A stretch of 64,000 bases of DNA from Azolla caroliniana (Eukaryota; Plantae; Polypodiophyta). The translations under genes and the position numbers were made by a program. The notes under the pieces were generated by a model, which saw nothing but the letters and a program-made list of their open reading frames with translations, searched no databases and was not told where the DNA came from. Location: NCBI GenBank assembly GCA_043228905.1, contig JBHGNT010000006.1, positions 3,038,001 through 3,102,000 on the forward strand, given 5' to 3'. Shown here one piece after another: positions 57,543 through 64,000 of the stretch (its first letter is position 1; every line of letters begins with the position of its first letter).

Positions 57543-60500
57543 CTATGATGTTGCGGCCTTGAGTTCTTCCATATCTGTGGCTTCATTTTCAGCTTCCACA
57601 TATGAAACCACGGAGACTGACGTCACTTTATCATCTTCTTCCAATCTCATTAATCTCACACCTCTGTACAGCAAAGATCAAAATAGACTCTCGTCATCAA
57701 GGATATTATATAATTATATTATACACCTACTTATGATATTAGTATGATAGAATGCTTTATATATTTCTTTTGGTCATATTGGTCATGCTCTGACCTCTTG
57801 AGGCGCCTCTATGTTTGTGGGGATTGACCTATCTACATAGTCCAAATTTATATTCTTTCTTATATCTATTCTTCGGCATTACGCATTTAGTAAAATTAAC
57901 TAAATAGATAATAGAGGTGATTTCAAAAATGATCCTCACCCTTAAAATTATTTATCCCATATATGCAAATATATTAAGCAAATAAAAACAACGCATTCCT
58001 ATCAAAGGTACTCACTTTCCCATTCTCCGAATGCGTACAGGTATCTGACTTAGTTTCATTCTGTTTAAAATGCCTCCATGGCTGCCTATGACAACCTCTT
58101 TCTCCACTTCACCATTTTCTGAAACAAAGAACAGACTTCGAGTTAAATGGGCTAATTCAGACAAATTAAGCCAGCATTAATGATCAACAATTTTTCACAT
58201 AACAATTATAGAAACTTTTGGCATACCTGAAACAGCATCATCAACAACAAAAACTGCTGCTAATTGATCATCCTCTTGGATAAACTGTAAATTGCGCCCA
58301 ATACGATATTTTTACATGAGCAATAAGCCTATATATTGCAATGAAAAATATGACCAACATACTTTGCAGCCAACAAGGCCAGTTCTGCTCAATCGGCTGG
58401 CAGTAAATTCTTTCAGTGGTACACGCATTCCAAATCCATTTTGGGTAACAAATAAAAGCCAAGGAGCACCTGTATCCAGCTCCCTAAAATAGGCAATTAA
58501 GGCAATTAGAAATTGGAATGAAATCGAAACAGTGGAAAATAGATCTAAAGGATGTTTTAAATGAGTGTTAACAAAGGATGACTGAACTGAATAACTTGCT
58601 AAGGAATAAACTGAAAGACAGATCACCCCTTAACAATTGTCCACTCACGAAATTGAGCACAACTTACAGAATGGGCAATAGCATTTATATAACAGGAAAC
58701 ATTCACAGTAGCAGAAAACTCATATCATCATAGTTTGCTTACTCAAATTGACGGACCACAGATGCAGGCACAATATCCATGGTAGCCATTCTGTCCTCAT
58801 TTTTTAATTTCATTGATTTCACGCCTCTAGAAGTTCTTCCTGTTGCACGAAACTGAAGCACAGGGTTTAACAGGCTTCGAAGTTTCTGTTAAGGAGAAGA
58901 GCTACAAAATCACTCTCAAGACTACATACCACAGTCGCATCACATATCACTCTCAAGACTAAACCATTTCTAGATCCCATGACTATACTATCTCCATCAG
59001 CAGCTGATTTTACCCATTTCAATTCATCTCCAGGCACCTGCGCCATTTAGCATTGCAAGATCAATTTCACATTTTTGTACTAGATCCAATAAACGAAAAG
59101 ATGACTTTACATACTAACTGTATGGCCACAATTCCAGATGATCTTATTGTTGAAAAAGTAGCCAAAGAAGTGCGCTTGATAAACCCACGAGCAGTTAACA
59201 TCACAAGATATTCATTATCCTTAAAACTAGATACAGACTTGACAGATGTTATCCTCTCCCCAGAAGGAATTGGTAGGATCTGAAAAGGAATCCAGAAATA
59301 ATGTAAAAACTAATGCAAACAACAGATTCTTTTAATGCATAATTGAAAAAATATATATATCATACCTGCACAAGAGGACTGCCTATTGCAGTGCGAGAAC
59401 ACTCCGGTATTTGGTAGGCCCGGGTTGAATACACGATTCCTTTCTCACTGCAAGACTCTGATATATTAGAGCCACAAAACTGTTCGCAATATCTATGCCA
59501 TGCAAACACTATAAATCGCTTTACTAGGAGTGACAAGTCAGCACTAAATGGGACAAATTTCTTCAGACTATGAAAAGGCATCACTTTCAATGGCATTAAG
59601 AAATTATTTAAAATAGCAGAAAAATGTCCACATTATCCACACATGCTTAAAATTGCTATGAATTTCAACATATCACATGTATTAAAGAAAAGCATAAACA
59701 AAATGAAAGCAAGAAATGTACAGAGAACTGCTAATACAAAACAATCTAAAAATGTGTGGCATTTAAATACCTGAAAAAAAGAAGATAATCATGTGTTTTA
59801 CAAACAAAAAACTTTGATAGTGCATCATCGGCCTTCAATTTCCCAGCAGCCTTTCCAGCAGTACCTCTATTCTGTGCTGCAAATGTGTCGGGTCGCAGGC
59901 GTTTAATGTAGCCCTTCTCAGTAAGGATCTGATATTGTAACAGGAATACTATCATGAAGAAGAAACCAAAACGAAGTGTAGGCTGTGAACATGTAAAAAA
60001 TAAAAACTACGTACCACCAAAGCTTCCTCATTGGCTATGACATCAATATCATTCAAGATCCCCGTATCATCCAGTAGTGCTGTCCTCCGGGGGGTTGCAA
60101 ACTCTTTTTTAAGTGCAAGTGCTTCCTTTTCAACAACCTGTAAGAGTACATTAAAAGTAAAAAAGAAAGCAGAATAGTATTCAGTAACAGGTTTATTCTG
60201 ATTTATCTTTTTAGTAATACCTGCAAAATTCTCTGTTTACTAGAAAGCAGCTGCTTTAAGTTGGTTATTTCTGTCATCAGCAAGTTATGCTCCTGGATAA
60301 ACTTGCTCCTCTAAAATCCATACATAATCATGTGTCAGAATTTCTTTATTTCACTATTGAAGGACAAAGAAATGAAGTGTATAAGATCCATTTACATACC
60401 TCTAAACCTGTCAGCTTGCGTAGAGCCATGCTCAGAAGTGCATCAGACTGAACGGTAGACAAACCAAATTCTGAAGGAAAACCAGCATCCCAGATATCAA

Positions 60501-63385
60501 TTCAACTTTCTTAATGTACAAGCAAACCGCTCTTGTATAATGTTCTAAATAAGCTTACAACCTGTCTTCTAAACTCTATCAGCATTTTCAGCCATTATTT
60601 ATAGATTTAATCAATTAATGTATATTAGCTAAGAACTAAAAACTAATGCAACCTCTCGTCATGCCCCAAATATAATTGGGTGAACAATATGGTACAGAGT
60701 CATAGGGAAAATCTAGGGTAGGTGTCTGCAATAACCCCAACAGCATTATTAGAGGTTATACCAAAGTTCCTTCTCAATAGCTCTTGAAAGATTCATATTG
60801 CTCTCCATAGCTCAATCTGGAGATGCTTAAAGCACCAAACTGGAAGATTTAACACTAAACAGAAAACACAGAAAGATTTTAGTAAAGTATTGTGGGCATT
60901 AATCTCAGAACCTCATTGCACTAAGTCTGTTACAGTAACATTAGCATAAACACCAAGGACTGTTCACAGGACATGAGGGATGGGCACACACTGTTTAAAA
61001 TTTTGAGGCTGCTATGCAGTGAGGCTTCAAGATGAATTAGGAATAAGTGAAGGTGCTGTAGAATGATGGAGGAATCTAGCAGCTAATAAGGTGTAAGATA
61101 ATGATAAAAATAATCTCCTCAAGTGATAATGCCATGCTATATTCTAACTTTAGTCATGTAAGGGCAAAAAAACCAAACTATACTGGAACTGGGTATTGTG
61201 TTTATGTGTATGCCATGTGACTAGAAACATGCATGTCGTTGTGATTCCACCTGAGAATCAGCGTAATATGGGTATAGCTACCCCTGCTAAGCATGCTCCA
61301 GAACAACACAACCTCTGTATGCAATTAGCCCCTCATCTATATAAAGGCCAAGTAGAGTAGGTGATTGTGGGCATCTTTGTTTTACTCCCAATTATGCTAG
61401 CAATTACCTCCAACAACCCAAAAGAGTGCACGCTTTCACTAACACTGATTCATACAGCGCATAGATTCCCCATTGCATATCTATCAGTAGTCCAAGGGCT
61501 TCTACATGCTGCATGAGCAGAATATGTGATGTCATGTTGAAAGCTTTCCAGAAATTCACAAAACAATAACAAATTCTCCTTTTATGGGCTCTTCCATCTT
61601 AAAAAGGGGGAGAGTTGATACTCAATCCACGATTGTGAACCCCTTTCGAAAACTTGCCAGTCCAGCTGAGTGGCAGTCATTTCTCTCTACCCATACACTC
61701 ATTTCTGACTCTAGGATATAACCATACAATACTTTAGCCAAGCACGAAAAATCAGGATAGTCCTGTAATTTTTAGGCATCATGGGATCTCTCCTCTTAGA
61801 AATCTGTACAATGGTATGCTTCACAGCTACTAGTTTTTGTATGCAAAAAGTTGGAGCAAGGTGTTACAGGCATAGACAAAATACTCACCTACTAATCTCT
61901 CATGATTTGAACTTTCCAAATTACAAACTATCAATGGCATTCCCAAAAGGTATTTGGGTGGGCATGAACTATGTGAGTGTGGGTTGGGGAGCTGCTCATA
62001 ATTGTCATAGTGTGCCTTCTCATATTCTTGCCAAACCCGAGGAGAGGTGAGCTGTGCATTAGGTTGCCTCTCATTAAACATTTTCCGTGTTCTTTTACTT
62101 TCTTGTTCTAGGAACAACGGGTACACATCTGCTTCAAATTTAGCCAAATATGATTCTTCTTCTTCCTCACAAGGCATTGACAAGTTGATCTTGCTTGTTT
62201 ACGTGTATAAATCCCTTTACTTCTCCTTACAGCCATCCTCTTATATCACAAACTTCCTCATCATACCAGGAACGAAAAGCCATAGCCCTTGCTGCTGCAT
62301 TGTTACAGAGATCAACACTATCACTAGAGAACAGACATCTATAAGAAGATATCTACATGTAACTATTGTGCAACTATAGAGCATATCTCTACACAAAGCA
62401 ACAGAACAGATCTCCATTGCTATCGCCACAGGTGTGCATCCCTACAGAATCTGTTGTTACTAACTTGAAAGAAGGGCCAACATTGCTCTGCAAAAATACC
62501 TGTCATATCAGATGAGGCTGCATATCCACACCACAGGGTTGGTCTGTTTCAAGGCACTTTTCACACAGATGTGGGTGAGACACAGATTTTTTGGTTTTTA
62601 AAATTTATTCAAGTAGGTTTGCCTTGTGTTCATGGACCTGGAATGTTATCCTTCCATAGTTACATGGAATGATATAAATTGATGCATTAAGATCGACTCT
62701 TAAATGCATCCAACAGATGCCTAAATCCCAATTCACAGAAATTATAGAAGCTATAAATACAGACCTAAAGTGTAATTCTTAACTGGAACCTCACCATCAA
62801 ACGCAATAAATCTCAAATATTAATAAATTTCTCCTGCATTCAAATGAGCACCTCCCTTTCACTTACTGATATAAAGTTAAATTTGCGCTTAGATGTAAGG
62901 TTAGGCCTAAGATGAACAACCAGAAAGATGATGGATCATAGCAGAATTGTGGAGGTGGTACCCAATCGTCCAATAGGCCAGATGAGTCTCAAACTTCCCA
63001 TGTAACAAGACCTCTAGCCTCGGTGAGCTGAGCCTTCTCTCAAGATGTAAAAAGAATAATGATGTCAATTCGTATATTTATGTAAAGGGAATACAGGCTT
63101 AGGCTAAGAAAACCCCTAACCTTGAAGAAATGAATCTTCAAAATTCATCATAATTATACACATGTAACCAGAAACCCCAGAACACATCATCGTTGAGAAT
63201 TCCATCTTTAATTTGAATGACAAACATTTTATCATTGAATATCAAATGAGCAAAAAGATGCTTTTCATGAGTAACAAAAAACTGAACATACCATGCTGAA
63301 GGGACTCATTTGCCATCCGGGTGTCATTGGCTGTTCTGATTATATTCACAAGCTTATCAAGGTTTTCCAAACCAATTAATATTCC
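57543..63385 (-). CDS. GYRA: DNA gyrase subunit A (organelle-targeted), 3' exons only; 5' part lies beyond the window
   Basis: Exons read GILIGLENLDKLVNIIR (63292-63385), FGLSTVQSDALLSMALRKLTGLE, LKKEFATPRRT, ILTEKGYIKRL..QNRGTAGK (GyrA-box-like), beta-pinwheel repeats, and last exon 57543-57663 GVRLMRLEEDDK...AATS*. The junctions I checked are GT-AG. Confidence 0.93.
60600..62600 (-). mobile_element. Heavily degraded LINE (RTE-like) in a GYRA intron
   Basis: Minus-strand remnants GCPQSPTLLGLY (about 61340-61375) and KAFNM (about 61530-61550) resemble the RT motifs QGCPLSPTLFGLY and DFRKAFD. Boundaries are approximate. Confidence 0.55.
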
Positions 63386-64000
63386 CTGAAAAAAACAAGC
63401 ATAGTTCCATGACAGAAGTATGTTGGAATGGAAACCAATAATTCTACTGCTTACTAAATTTCAGCAGGTTCACCCAATAAGAAAGACTATTGTGAATCGA
63501 TATAGCATAAAAGAGTTAAATTAAATGAATCAGTTTGGTATATCCTGGAAAGTATGAGCATAATGTGGCATACATTAGTTCTTATAAGGCCCATTCTATT
63601 CTCAAATGGGAGAATACTCCATCCTGAGAACATGAAGAATATATGTAATCTCATAGAGCACCTTCATAAGTATATTATGGAAAGAATATCCTGCATAGAT
63701 AGCGAATAAGAGAGTTATCTTAAATGTATCAATTTGATATATTATGGGAACAAGGAGAATAAAGTGGGTAGACGTTGGTTATTACTCAAACCATTCTATT
63801 TCAGATGGGCTATTACTCCATCCAATAAAGATAAATTACACTGTAAGAGTTCTCAGCAAGCACATGCAAAAACATTGCACTACCAACTAGACTCTTTAAA
63901 GGGATAATATGTTTTGGGTGGGGAGGCTATGAGATCCAGAAATCTATAGACCATATTTCATGTTGGTTTAGCTTAAGAGATCTTAATTGAGACCCAACAC

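Noticed and set aside
57795-57835. Possible extra GYRA micro-exon
   Set aside because: Exon 58016-58118 joins the last exon directly in frame (MGK-GVRLMRL), so it is not needed.
57543-63385. Bacterial-type gyrase as recent horizontal transfer or contamination
   Set aside because: The gene has many GT-AG introns, and nuclear-encoded organellar GYRA is standard in plants.

Overview
AT-rich, microsatellite-rich plant nuclear DNA. The retroelement types suggest a non-seed plant such as a fern, but that is inference. Three host genes are present: an intronless zinc-ribbon/RING-H2 E3 ligase (minus, 2336-3946), a two-exon sphingoid-base C4-hydroxylase (plus, 50781-52562), and the 3' exons of an organellar DNA gyrase subunit A (minus, 57543 to beyond the window). 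About 6.7-45.5 kb is a nested retrotransposon block that can be resolved by target-site duplications (TSDs). It holds L1-type LINEs, two solo LTRs, a Ty1/copia element, two intact young Ty3/gypsy elements (A 14690-21756, B 35457-42766) and a gag-only non-autonomous relative (C 14342-32068). The most notable system is this tRNA-Trp-primed gypsy family. All four of its insertions have 4-bp TSDs centred on CG (CCGT, ACGG, ACGC, ACGT). Pol appears to be made by a -1 frameshift after the protease (GGATTTT plus a predicted pseudoknot). A hairpin before the PPT shows compensatory changes between autonomous and non-autonomous members. All comparisons were made by eye; no searches or folding programs were run.
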